The notes under the pieces are model-generated. The model had not been told where the DNA came from and searched no databases. It was given only the letters and a program-made list of their open reading frames with translations. The position numbers and the translations under genes were made by a program. A stretch of DNA of 64,000 nucleotides from an uncultured Alphaproteobacteria bacterium (GTDB lineage Bacteria > Pseudomonadota > Alphaproteobacteria > RF32 > CAG-239): the NCBI GenBank assembly GCA_934229625.1, contig CAKQDU010000003.1:64426-128425 (forward strand). The letters are read 5' to 3'. Each line of letters starts with the position of its first letter. Within the stretch, counting starts at the first letter, position 1. This document shows, in pieces, positions 36,148 to 45,464 of this stretch.

Positions 36148-36426
36148 AAAATTATGTTGTTTACACTCCAATTCTATAACAGCCTCACGCCATAAGTCAA
36201 CCGCAAAAATCAAAGTGTTTTTTTAGGTTAAAAGTGTGTAAAAAAAACGACCGTTTAAAATGGACAGTTTTTAGGCTGTTTTTTATAGTCTAGCAAAGGT
36301 TGCCGGAATTTGCAATAACTTTTTATATTTGCGATGTTTTTTGCTGTTTTTACAACATTTTATTGCCGTCTGTTTCGCTGTGTAAAAATAACGGTCGTTT
36401 TTTTTACACAATTAAGGATAAATAAG
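36148..36426 (+). repeat. Conserved upstream cassette, copy 2, carrying the 21-bp inverted repeats (36235-36255 / 36390-36410)
   Basis: See copy 1 (18819..19094). It ends in the Shine-Dalgarno site aaggataaataag and the ATG of pilin-like 3. Confidence 0.8.
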
Positions 36427-37158
36427 ATGTTTAAGAGTATAGAATTTTTCAAAGGAAAGAGCAGGGGCGTGGGGTTTGGATTGCTTCGTCGTTACACTCC
36501 TCTCAATGACCTTTGCAGCGTGGGACGTTCCATGATAGAAATGCTCGGAGTTTTAGCCATTATCGGAGTGCTGAGCGTAGGCGGTATCGCCGGATATTCT
36601 AAAGCCATGATGAAATGGAAAATAAACAAAATGATAGAAGATTATACCATGCTGATGACTGGTTTAATGGAATATCAGGAAAGTTTATTTAAAACATATG
36701 CAGATTATGACAATAGATTTTTGGCTCAGTTTATTATAGACGCTAAACTGGTGCCGGAAACTTGGAAACAGGAAAATGAGTATTCGATAAATGATTCTCT
36801 TGGCAACAGAATTACACCATATGTTGATACAAAAGAAACAGGTGCTGCATTTACTGCTGATATATACATTGTGCCAAATGGAATAAATAAAGATTCGGAA
36901 TATGCTTATCAACTATGCGTAGCTTTAGCAAAAGATGTTGTTTATCCGCTAGCTGCAAATATGGGGTATGCATCATTATTTATTACAAATGATGCAATTA
37001 CTAACAGAAGTGGCTATATGGTTTATGCAAATAGTTGTTCCGATGCGGAAGTTAACAGGGTGAAATGTCTGTCGGAAATGACGTTGGCGGAAATTAGTAC
37101 AATCTGTAAATCCTGTGTAAAAAAAGCTCCTTGCAATGTTGGAATGAGTTGGAGATAA
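36427..37158 (+). CDS. Prepilin-like secreted protein, paralog 3
   Basis: ATG with Shine-Dalgarno site. MFKSIEFFKGKSRGVGFGLLRRYTPLNDLCSVG|RSMIEMLGVLAIIGVLSVGGIAGYSKAMMKWKINKMIEDY. C-terminal Cys framework ...C..L.KD....C...KCLSEMTLAEISTICKSCVKKAPCNV. Confidence 0.7.
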   Translation: MFKSIEFFKGKSRGVGFGLLRRYTPLNDLCSVGRSMIEMLGVLAIIGVLSVGGIAGYSKAMMKWKINKMIEDYTMLMTGLMEYQESLFKTYADYDNRFLAQFIIDAKLVPETWKQENEYSINDSLGNRITPYVDTKETGAAFTADIYIVPNGINKDSEYAYQLCVALAKDVVYPLAANMGYASLFITNDAITNRSGYMVYANSCSDAEVNRVKCLSEMTLAEISTICKSCVKKAPCNVGMSWR

Positions 37159-37265
37159 TGGCACATTTTTTGCCAGTCTGACTAATATTTGTTAAATAAA
37201 AAAACTTTCATTACAAATTGCTGTACACAATCTGTGATGAAAGTCTTTATTAAAGATACTTGGCG

Positions 37266-38114
37266 TTATTTGCCCATCAATTCTCTGTGGTCACAGCTGC
37301 GATAAATGAGCCATTTGTAAATGGACAGCATTTTCTCGTTTCCGGCAACAGCAAAATCCTCAGGATGCCATTGCACACACAAAATACCATCATCCATATT
37401 GCCCCAAGCTTCTGGAATGCAATCAGATGAAATCGCGTAAATATCCAAATCGCTGTTCTTGTCATCCGGTATAACTCCTTCACGATGGCGGGAATTTACT
37501 GTAATTTTCTTACCTAACCACGCGCGGAGCGGAGTAGCCGGATAAATAATAACCTGATGAGCATTGACTTCAGAAGTCTTGTGTTCAATAGACGAACGAG
37601 TTTCGTTCAGGTTACGGTACAGCTTCATGCCGTGAACACCTGCCACCATCTGAGCGCCTGCGCAAATACCTAAGATAGGAATTGCGTTTTCTTCGGCCAC
37701 GCGGATAGCTTCAATATACGCCTTAGAACGAAGACTCGGTTCTTCAGGACTGTTAACGCGGGTTGCGTAGAATTCATCCGGAGAAACAAACGCTCCGCCA
37801 GGCAGAACAAGTCCGTCAATTTCAGCCATTTGGGTTTCTACTTGAGTATAGGTTAAACCCATGATGCGTCCGCCGGCCATGCAGATTGCCTTAGCGTAGT
37901 TGTAGTCTATAGAATAGTGTCCTTTCTCGCGTCCCAGCAAAAAACCGATTGTCGGAGCATCTGCATCATAGTCAAGTCCTAGTTCTTGCATTTCATCCCA
38001 GGGAAACAGAATTACAGGAAAATCGCCTTGTGCAATAACCTGATTTACTTTTTCGTCTGAAATTACATACGCGTTAAACTGAGGCTCATAAGCCAAATAT
38101 AAAACCTTTTGCAT
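37266..38114 (-). CDS. Class-I glutamine amidotransferase-like hydrolase (peptidase C26 / gamma-glutamyl-GABA hydrolase PuuD-like), paralog A
   Basis: …LPGGAFVSP… and ILGICAGAQM (nucleophile Cys) and …WHPED (His) match the C26/PuuD family. 282 aa. It has a paralog at 46827..47684 with the same motifs. Confidence 0.7.
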   Translation of the reverse strand: MQKVLYLAYEPQFNAYVISDEKVNQVIAQGDFPVILFPWDEMQELGLDYDADAPTIGFLLGREKGHYSIDYNYAKAICMAGGRIMGLTYTQVETQMAEIDGLVLPGGAFVSPDEFYATRVNSPEEPSLRSKAYIEAIRVAEENAIPILGICAGAQMVAGVHGMKLYRNLNETRSSIEHKTSEVNAHQVIIYPATPLRAWLGKKITVNSRHREGVIPDDKNSDLDIYAISSDCIPEAWGNMDDGILCVQWHPEDFAVAGNEKMLSIYKWLIYRSCDHRELMGK

Positions 38115-38203
38115 AAAAATAATAATTTAAAAGTTAATAATAAAAAGAATACTGCTTATTATAAACAGTTGTTTAGTTTTGTCAAATTTTTTTGTATAAA
38201 AAC

Positions 38204-38884
38204 TTAAAGCTTGTCAATAATCGGATAGTCTTGCCAGCCTTTGAGATTGTAGTGCCACCACTCATGCGGAATGCTTTCAAAGCCGTGACTCTCCATTAAG
38301 GCTTTCAAAAACGCACGGTTTTTCAGCGCTTCGCTGTCTGCGTCCATGTAGTCATGACGGGCTTTTTGCAGATGTTTTTGAAATTCGGCAAATTGACCGG
38401 CAGCCACTTGTTGCTGAAATTCTTTTGTATAGGCGTCTACTTCGGTCGGAAAGGCAAGGTTGTTGCCGTTTTCGTCTGTCAGACATACGTCAACAGCAGT
38501 CCCGTGGCAATGATTTGAAGTTTTGTAATCTGCTTTAAAAAAGCCAGGAATAGGCACAGCTTCAAACAGCGCCTGATGAGCCTGAGGCAGACGATAAGCA
38601 TCGCGGATACGCATGCGGTAGTGATGCTTTGCCAGCTCCGGAATGACCGAGAGCAAGGCCTGATAGGCATTTTTGTGCAGATAAGCTTTATTTTGCTGCG
38701 GAAAAGACATATACACAGCTTTGCCCGACATGTTATCCGGAGTTGCGTACATCATATCCACAATAAAATAAGGATTATCAACCAAAACAAGATTGTTGTT
38801 CATATCAGTACCTTTCTTAACAGAATCCAAACTACTAAAGTCATAAGACTGTGACAAACAAGCTAAATTTGTACTTTTTTCCAT
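38204..38884 (-). CDS. ddpX: D-alanyl-D-alanine dipeptidase (VanX/DdpX, M15D family)
   Basis: SNHCHGTAVDV (Zn ligands) and HEWWHY motif. 226 aa. Confidence 0.75.
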   Translation of the reverse strand: MEKSTNLACLSQSYDFSSLDSVKKGTDMNNNLVLVDNPYFIVDMMYATPDNMSGKAVYMSFPQQNKAYLHKNAYQALLSVIPELAKHHYRMRIRDAYRLPQAHQALFEAVPIPGFFKADYKTSNHCHGTAVDVCLTDENGNNLAFPTEVDAYTKEFQQQVAAGQFAEFQKHLQKARHDYMDADSEALKNRAFLKALMESHGFESIPHEWWHYNLKGWQDYPIIDKL

Positions 38885-39416
38885 AATAAAAATTTTAGAA
38901 AATAAATAATAAAATTAACAAAGCAATTATATAAATTTAGAAGATTTTGTCAAGTTGTATCTTGCAATTTGTCATAGCAAAATATAAATGTTGCATTTTT
39001 ATTTTGCAGTTTTGTGTAACATTTCAATAGGGAGTATTATAGGCAATGCAAATATTGCAAAAAGTAGTGAACGTTATAAAGAAAATGCAAATTAAAAAGT
39101 GCAACTTTGTTTTATTTAGCTTGATTTTCCCAAACAATACTGTTATAAAATTTAACGTCCGGTGCTGATATCACTGGACGTTCTTTAATTCTGAAAGGGT
39201 TAAACCCTAGCTTTAACCATTTTCTAAGTTAAAGGTAACCTATTTTTGCTTTAAAGTCAAGACCTAAAGTCAAAACATAGCAAATTTAGGCGGGGTTTAT
39301 CCCTTTCGCAACTGCTCGGATGAGCTGAAAGGTGAAAGATGATAAACTTGAGCAAAGTTTTGAGCATTATTATATATTTGCTTAAAATCATCATTCTGTT
39401 AATGAAATAGTATGGT

Positions 39417-39451
39417 GAGGCGGAGTTTTCAAGCTCCGCCCTTTGTATTTT
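39417..39451 (+). terminator. Rho-independent terminator in an ORF-free region (orphan; candidate sRNA 3' end)
   Basis: gaggcggag-ttttcaag-ctccgccc followed by tttgtatttt. Confidence 0.5.
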
Positions 39452-39858
39452 AGAGCCAATCGGCAACAGTTTTAGATATGTAACCAGAATTAACAAATTG
39501 CCTGAATATGCTAAAAATAGGGGAAAATTTAACATATAAGTTAAAGTGATGTCTGAAAAAAGTCTGAAATCAGACTCTAAAAAAAGTCTGAAGAATTATG
39601 TTGAAATAGAGAAACAAAAAAAAGTCTTGCAAGCTATTGATTCGCAAGGCTTTTGTGATGGCAGGGCCGGAGAGCTTGTTATATTCCTACTCTTGCAAAC
39701 AAGTTTGCGGCGAGCAGTGCCTTTCGCGTCGCAGCGGCTCAACCGTCGCTGCAGCTCGGTTTTGCCGGCTATCCGCTTCGAACTCTCTTATCGAGTTCGC
39801 TTCTTTCGGCCTTAAAACAAAAAACACCCATTCTTGCGAATGAGTGTTTTTAATTTTA

Positions 39859-39945
39859 TGGTAGGGCCGGAGAGAATCGAACTCTCAAGACATTGCTGCC
39901 ACCAGATTTTGAGTCTGGCGCGTCTACCAATTCCGCCACAACCCC
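39859..39945 (-). tRNA. tRNA-Leu (anticodon CAA), class II with long variable arm
   Basis: Reverse complement: GGGGTTGTGGCGGAATTGGTAGACGCGCCAGACTCAAAATCTGGTGGCAGCAATGTCTTGAGAGTTCGATTCTCTCCGGCCCTACCA. Anticodon loop ctCAAaa, T-loop gagag-ttcgatt-ctctc. The acceptor stem needs 3 G·U pairs, which is unusual. Confidence 0.7.
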
Positions 39946-40084
39946 ATAAAAATTACACTACGTTAATATATCATATTTTTTCAAGTGTCAAGACTTTTTT
40001 TGCATTTTTTATAAATATTTTTGCTTTGCATTTGTTTGTAGCTGTGTTATACTCTTTGCCAGTTGATAAAAAATTGAGGTTACA

Positions 40085-41608
40085 GTGGAAAATTTAGAGC
40101 ATCAGGCTTCGGTTTTATTTGGCGAAAAAGAATATAAAAAAGCTTTGGAAATCTACCAACTTTTGTTGCAGGGAAGTCCAAAGACAGAAAAATATGCAAT
40201 CGCCTGCGGAAATTGCTTTGATGCACTTGGAAACAAAGAAAAAGCTATAGAACTGTATGGTTATGCCCTGAAACTTAATAAAAATTCTGAAGCATCACTC
40301 TTAAATCTTTCTACAATAAATTATGAAATCGGAGAATATGATAAATCGGCGGATTTTGCTCAGAAGGCTTTACAACAAAATCCTAAAAATATGACGGCAT
40401 GGCAAAATCTTGCCAATATTGCTTTTTGTCGCGGTAGTTATGAAACTGCTCTGACATATTATCAAAAAATGTATGAGCAGAATAATCATAGTTATATTGC
40501 AATGATTAACCTCGCTAATACTTATTATTCTTTAGGAAAATATGTTTTGGCTCTGGAATTTGCTAAAAAATCTTTAGAGCGGCATCCGTCAAGCGTGGTT
40601 GCAAATATGATTTCCGGCAATGCTTTGGTCGCAATGCAAAAATATGAAAAAGCCATAGATAAATATCTGCGTGCTTATGAATTAGATGAGCATAACCGCG
40701 AAGTTTTAAATGCTTTAAGCGAAACATATCATTCATTAAATGATTGGGAAAATTGTATTATGTTTGCTTGGAGATATGTTAAAACGGCGCCGGAGCAAAC
40801 TGATGACATAAATTTAAATTTTGGTTATTTATTATATGAATGCTTTTCTGAAAAAAGCGAAGACTTGGCTCGTAAATATGCTACAAAATGGCTGAATTTT
40901 TTCCCGAATAATAAAATTGTGCAGCATATGGCTTGCGCTCTGACTAACGGACACGCGCTTTTAAATTCGGACAGCCATTATATTAAAGCTACATTCGATG
41001 CGTTTGCGCAAGATTTTGATGAAACCTTAAAATCTTTAGACTATCAGGCGCCGTCTCTTATTGAATGTGAGGCAGCCAAACATCTTAGAACTTCGGTTTT
41101 TAAGGGATATCATATATTGGATTTGGGATGCGGTACCGGTTTATGCGGCGAAAAAATGAAAAAATTTGCTTCTCGCAAAGGGCTGATTGGCGTTGATTTG
41201 TCTGAAAAAATGCTGGAACAAGCTGAAACGAAAAAAATTTATGCGCAGTTGATTTGCGATGATATTTGTCATTATATGGAAACGACGGAGTATTATTTTC
41301 ATGTGATTGTAGCGTCTGATGTTTTGACTTATTTCGGTGATTTAACAAAAACATTTGTTCGTGTTTCTAAATCGTTGACCTCTGGAGGGATGTTCTTTTT
41401 TACTATATCTGAAAATCATTATAACGAAGATGATTTTTTTATGGCGCCAAGCGGACGTTTTCTGCATAATCCAAACTATGTGGAAAAGGTCTTAAAAAGC
41501 GCCGGTTTAAAAGTTTTGAATTGTGAACGTCATATTTTACGCAATGAAGCGGAAAGTCCGGTATATGGCTATGTGTTTGCCGCGGTTAAACCTGATTTGA
41601 ATAAATAG
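40085..41608 (+). CDS. TPR-repeat protein fused to a class-I SAM-dependent methyltransferase domain
   Basis: N-terminal TPR repeats (…AIELYGYALKLNKNSEASLLNLSTINYEIGEYDKSADFAQKALQQNP…). C-terminal motif I ILDLGCGTGLCGEKM plus motif II/III region VIVASDVLTYF. The ORF-track start at 40085 is a GTG. Confidence 0.7.
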   Translation: MENLEHQASVLFGEKEYKKALEIYQLLLQGSPKTEKYAIACGNCFDALGNKEKAIELYGYALKLNKNSEASLLNLSTINYEIGEYDKSADFAQKALQQNPKNMTAWQNLANIAFCRGSYETALTYYQKMYEQNNHSYIAMINLANTYYSLGKYVLALEFAKKSLERHPSSVVANMISGNALVAMQKYEKAIDKYLRAYELDEHNREVLNALSETYHSLNDWENCIMFAWRYVKTAPEQTDDINLNFGYLLYECFSEKSEDLARKYATKWLNFFPNNKIVQHMACALTNGHALLNSDSHYIKATFDAFAQDFDETLKSLDYQAPSLIECEAAKHLRTSVFKGYHILDLGCGTGLCGEKMKKFASRKGLIGVDLSEKMLEQAETKKIYAQLICDDICHYMETTEYYFHVIVASDVLTYFGDLTKTFVRVSKSLTSGGMFFFTISENHYNEDDFFMAPSGRFLHNPNYVEKVLKSAGLKVLNCERHILRNEAESPVYGYVFAAVKPDLNK

Positions 41609-41618
41609 AAATACGAAT

Positions 41619-42335
41619 ATGAAAAAAATTTGGCTGTGTCTGATTTTGGTGTTTTTTGCGGTGTCGCAGGTTTCGGCTAAAGAACCTCCGATTATCAGAC
41701 AAAACAAAATCAGACAACAGCAGATTCTGAACTATGTAACGCATGTTCCGTTGCCAGCAGTAAAAAATGCACGCTCTCTAGCTGTTTATTTAACTAAACC
41801 ATTTAATAATAAAATAGAAAAAATGCAGGCAATTGCTTATTGGATTGCCACGCATATAGCTTATGATAGCTATAAATTTAATGGTGTTCCTAATCTAAGA
41901 AATATGAAATATCATTATGATGTTTTTAAGGCTCGTACGGGAATATGCATCGATTTTGCAAAATTATTTCAGGAAATGTCGTTATATGCCGGCATACGCG
42001 GTGTGAATATTGTTTCAGGCTTTGTTGTTGATACAAAATATTTTAAGGATAAATACAATCCGAAACAGTTTGAAAATGCTCATGCTTGGAATACGGTGAA
42101 TATTAACGGCTATACTTATTACATAGATACAACATTTATGGCTACGCAAACTATTGCAGTAAAAAATCAGAGCGGTTTTAATCAATGGAGTCATAAACAG
42201 GAAATTATCAAGCGTTCTCGTACAAATAGTATTGTAAAATCAACTTCAGATATTCGTTATTACTATTTTTTATTCACGCCTCAGGATGAAGTGCGTAAAT
42301 TGAGAACACATCATTTTGTTGTGAATGCTGATTAA
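41619..42335 (+). CDS. Secreted transglutaminase-like cysteine protease family protein
   Basis: Signal peptide MKKIWLCLILVFFAVSQVSA. Cys-His-Asp arrangement GICIDFAKLF ... HAWNTV ... YYIDTTF is typical of the transglutaminase-like superfamily. Confidence 0.6.
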   Translation: MKKIWLCLILVFFAVSQVSAKEPPIIRQNKIRQQQILNYVTHVPLPAVKNARSLAVYLTKPFNNKIEKMQAIAYWIATHIAYDSYKFNGVPNLRNMKYHYDVFKARTGICIDFAKLFQEMSLYAGIRGVNIVSGFVVDTKYFKDKYNPKQFENAHAWNTVNINGYTYYIDTTFMATQTIAVKNQSGFNQWSHKQEIIKRSRTNSIVKSTSDIRYYYFLFTPQDEVRKLRTHHFVVNAD

Positions 42336-42775
42336 AGCAATTCTTTTATTTTAGCGCTTAAATCTGCGTCAATTCTAACCGGTCTTTTCAAAGCTAAACT
42401 CATATGAATCAGTTTGACTTCAATTTTAGTCAGCAGAGTGTCGCCGCGGTAAATTTCTTGCAGCACACGCAAACTGGCGCCGCCTACTTCTAAAATTTTA
42501 CAGGTAACGACCAACGTGTCATCTAAACGAGCCGAGGCGATATAGTCAATGTTACAAGAGCGAACGACAAATCCGGTCTGTCCGGCTTCCAGATTTTTTT
42601 CCTGATTAACTCCCAATGTGCGAATAAACTCTGTGCGAGCGCGTTCGGCAAACTTTAGGTAATTGGCATAATAAACAATTCCGCCGGCGTCGGTATCTTC
42701 ATAATAAACCCTCACAGGATAAGCAAAAATTTTGTTTTCTATTTGTCCAAAAGCAGGGATAGTTTTTTCAAACAT
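42332..42775 (-). CDS. ybgC: Tol-Pal-associated acyl-CoA thioesterase YbgC (4HBT fold)
   Basis: YPVRVYYEDTDAGGIVYYANYLKFAERARTEFIR: 4-hydroxybenzoyl-CoA thioesterase-like hot-dog motif. Sits immediately downstream of ruvB. Confidence 0.8.
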   Translation of the reverse strand: MFEKTIPAFGQIENKIFAYPVRVYYEDTDAGGIVYYANYLKFAERARTEFIRTLGVNQEKNLEAGQTGFVVRSCNIDYIASARLDDTLVVTCKILEVGGASLRVLQEIYRGDTLLTKIEVKLIHMSLALKRPVRIDADLSAKIKELL

Positions 42776-42777
42776 TG

Positions 42778-43833
42778 TTAATCCTCCAAAGTTTCCAAAA
42801 GTTCATATTGCTTGGTTTGTTTCGCCGGCATATTGACGCCTAAATAACGATATCCGAGCTGTGAGATAATACGCCCGCGCGGTGTGCGCTGTAAAAATCC
42901 GAGTTTCAGCAAAAACGGTTCCACAACTTCTTCAATAGTATCGCGTTCTTCCGAAAGAGCGGCCGCCAAAGTATCGGCGCCAACCGGACCTCCGCCGTAG
43001 TTTTTGACAATGCAATTCAAATAGCGGCGGTCAAAAGCGTCAAGCCCAAAATCATCAACATCCAAACGTTTAAGCGCTGTGTCTGATATATGCGAATCTA
43101 TGATTTTTTGTGAAGATACAGCGCCAAAGTCGCGTACGCGCCGCAATAATCGTCCGGCGATACGTGGTGTTCCGCGAGAACGTTTGGCAATTTCCATAGC
43201 TCCGTCTTCCGATATTTCTATGTTTAAAAGTTTTGCGTTACGCTGCACGATTTTCTTTAAGTCTTCATGCGAATAAAAATCCAAACGCAAAGGGATGCCA
43301 AAACGCTCACGCAAAGGAGTGGAAAGTAAGCCGGAACGAGTGGTGGCGCCAACCAATGTGAAAGGCTGTAGGTCTATGCGCACCGAGCGAGCGGAAGGCC
43401 CTTCGCCGATAATCAAATCCAGCTGAAAATCTTCCATCGCCGAATATAAAACTTCTTCAATAGCCGGATTTAAGCGGTGTATTTCATCAATAAACAACAC
43501 ATCGTTGCGTTCCAGATTAGTCAAAATCGCCGCTAAATCGCCGGATTTAGAAATCATTGGCGCCGAAGTAGCGCGGAAACCGACGCCCAGTTCTTTGGCT
43601 ACAATAGAAGAAAGCGTGGTTTTACCAAGTCCCGGAGGACCAAATAACAGCACATGGTCAAGCGCTTCTCCGCGTTGTTTGGCGGCGGCTATAAACACTT
43701 TTAAATTATCGCAGACATCACGCTGTCCCACAAAGTCGTCCAAACTTGTCGGACGCAGACTAACCGGATTGTTGCCGATTTGTTCGTCTTCTGCTTGGAC
43801 TTGCGGACTTACGATTCGCGTATCATCTTTCAT
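42778..43833 (-). CDS. ruvB: Holliday junction branch-migration ATPase RuvB
   Basis: [13 protein letters not shown] (Walker A), DEIHRL (Walker B), sensor and winged-helix domains. 351 aa. Confidence 0.95.
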   Translation of the reverse strand: MKDDTRIVSPQVQAEDEQIGNNPVSLRPTSLDDFVGQRDVCDNLKVFIAAAKQRGEALDHVLLFGPPGLGKTTLSSIVAKELGVGFRATSAPMISKSGDLAAILTNLERNDVLFIDEIHRLNPAIEEVLYSAMEDFQLDLIIGEGPSARSVRIDLQPFTLVGATTRSGLLSTPLRERFGIPLRLDFYSHEDLKKIVQRNAKLLNIEISEDGAMEIAKRSRGTPRIAGRLLRRVRDFGAVSSQKIIDSHISDTALKRLDVDDFGLDAFDRRYLNCIVKNYGGGPVGADTLAAALSEERDTIEEVVEPFLLKLGFLQRTPRGRIISQLGYRYLGVNMPAKQTKQYELLETLED

Positions 43834-43836
43834 GGT

Positions 43837-44484
43837 CTAAAATTCCTTTTGAACAAATTCTTTTAAGGCAAGGCGGATAAGCGTCGGCACATTGGCGTCC
43901 GGATTTTCTGCCATAGCTTTAGATACGGCGCGATAAGCCTCCAAACGTTGATAGCCAAGATTAACCAGAGCCGAAATAACATCTTCGCTTTTAGAATAAT
44001 CGGCATCTTTGGGCAAAACAACCTGAGCCGCCGGAGCGCCCTCTATAGCTTCATCAGCATTGGTGCCGGAAATTCCGACCGGAATTGTAACGATTTTATC
44101 TTTGAGTTCGGTAACTATGCGAGCGGCAAGTTTCGGCCCCACGCCGGAAGCGCGGCAAAATGATGTTTTATCTTGCGCGCTGATAGCTTGAGAAAGCTGC
44201 GCCGGAGTTAAAACTGACAAAATGCTCAAACAAACTTTAGCTCCCACGCCTTGCACTTTTGTAAGAGTTGTAAACCATTCTTTTTCCCAAGCATCGGCAA
44301 AGCCAAACAGCGAAAGGCTGTCTTCACGCACCACCATTTCTGTCAAAAGTGTGGCTTCCTGTCCTTGAACCAATTTGCCAAGAGTTTTAGACGAGGCAGA
44401 AACAAGATAGCCTACGCCGTTCACGTCTATAATACAATAATCATCGCCGATTGTGTCAATCAGCCCGCGTAATTTAGCAATCAT
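43837..44484 (-). CDS. ruvA: Holliday junction DNA helicase subunit RuvA
   Basis: MIAKLRGLIDTIGDDYCIIDVNGVGYLV..., HhH pairs (GVGAKV, GVGPKLAARI), C-terminal RuvB-interaction domain. Confidence 0.92.
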   Translation of the reverse strand: MIAKLRGLIDTIGDDYCIIDVNGVGYLVSASSKTLGKLVQGQEATLLTEMVVREDSLSLFGFADAWEKEWFTTLTKVQGVGAKVCLSILSVLTPAQLSQAISAQDKTSFCRASGVGPKLAARIVTELKDKIVTIPVGISGTNADEAIEGAPAAQVVLPKDADYSKSEDVISALVNLGYQRLEAYRAVSKAMAENPDANVPTLIRLALKEFVQKEF

Positions 44485-44597
44485 CTTTTTACAATCCTTT
44501 TGTTGGCATTAGACTAATGGAAATATGCGTGCAACGCAAGAGTTTTGTTGCTTTTCTGCAAAGCTTAATTTATAAAGGCGGTATTGGATGAAATATA

Positions 44598-45164
44598 ATG
44601 GATTTTTTAGAAATCATATGCCTCGGTTTGGCGTTGGCAGCAGATGTTTTCGGCATAGCGTTTGCCTATGGGTTGATTATTAAGCGTCATCGGTGGATTA
44701 TGGCATTGCGTTTGTCGGGAACTTGCGGTGTGATGCAGTTTGTTATGCCGTTGCTCGGTTTTGCCGGAACAGCTGTTATCAGCGCGTGGATTTCCCGTTT
44801 TGACTATATTTTGGTGTTTTTAGTTTTTACCGCATTGGGTATAAATGTGATTCGTGAGGCAATAGAAGAAAATGCTGAAGAAAATATTGTCAAAAAACGT
44901 AAACGTCTGAGCTGGAAAGTGGCTTTTACCATTGGAATTGCCACCAGTATTGACGCGTTGGTCAGCGGCACGATGCTCTATTTAACTAAAACACCATTGC
45001 TAAAGTCTTCGCTGATTATCGGCGTGGTGTCGTTTGTCATAGGTTTGCTTGGTTTTAATTTAAATTGCTGCTTTAAGAAAATACCGGAAAAATATTTGCA
45101 AATTATTGCCGGCTTGGTCTTAATCGGATTTGGACTGAAGAATCTCCTGTCGCATTTTATTTAA
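44598..45164 (+). CDS. mntP: Manganese efflux pump MntP (DUF204/YebN family)
   Basis: 6-TM protein with the duplicated ...ALAADVFGIAF... / ...TIGIATSIDALVSG... half-repeats characteristic of MntP. Confidence 0.7.
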   Translation: MDFLEIICLGLALAADVFGIAFAYGLIIKRHRWIMALRLSGTCGVMQFVMPLLGFAGTAVISAWISRFDYILVFLVFTALGINVIREAIEENAEENIVKKRKRLSWKVAFTIGIATSIDALVSGTMLYLTKTPLLKSSLIIGVVSFVIGLLGFNLNCCFKKIPEKYLQIIAGLVLIGFGLKNLLSHFI

Positions 45165-45193
45165 AAGATACTTAAAAGCGGTAGACTCAAAAG

Positions 45194-45460
45194 ATGTATG
45201 TTTTTAAACTCTTGCTTGTTAAAAGTTGGAGTTTTTTTATGATTCAAAAGCAAGTTGGTAAAAGAATAAAAGAAATCAGATTATCTCTAAATTTATCTCA
45301 AGAAGATTGTGCCTTAAATTCCGGCCTTAATAGAACATATTTTGGTAGTGTAGAACGTGGCGAGCGGAATATATCTGTAATAAATTTAAATAAAATATGT
45401 AAATCATTTAAAGTTTCATTAAAAGATTTTTTTAATTCAAAACTTTTTACCGGAGAATAA
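45194..45460 (+). CDS. R-M controller (C) protein, XRE-family HTH
   Basis: MIQKQVGKRIKEIRLSLNLSQEDCALNSGLNRTYFGSVERGERNISVINLNKICKSFKVSLKDFF: classic C-protein HTH. 4 nt upstream of the next ORF. Confidence 0.7.
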   Translation: MYVFKLLLVKSWSFFMIQKQVGKRIKEIRLSLNLSQEDCALNSGLNRTYFGSVERGERNISVINLNKICKSFKVSLKDFFNSKLFTGE

Positions 45461-45464
45461 TAGT

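Noticed and set aside
39546-40097. ORFs 39546..39815, 39637..39843 and 39834..40097 around tRNA-Leu
   Set aside because: They overlap the tRNA and an anomalous GC-rich structured segment, have no ribosome-binding site, and their translations are low-complexity. They are treated as non-coding.
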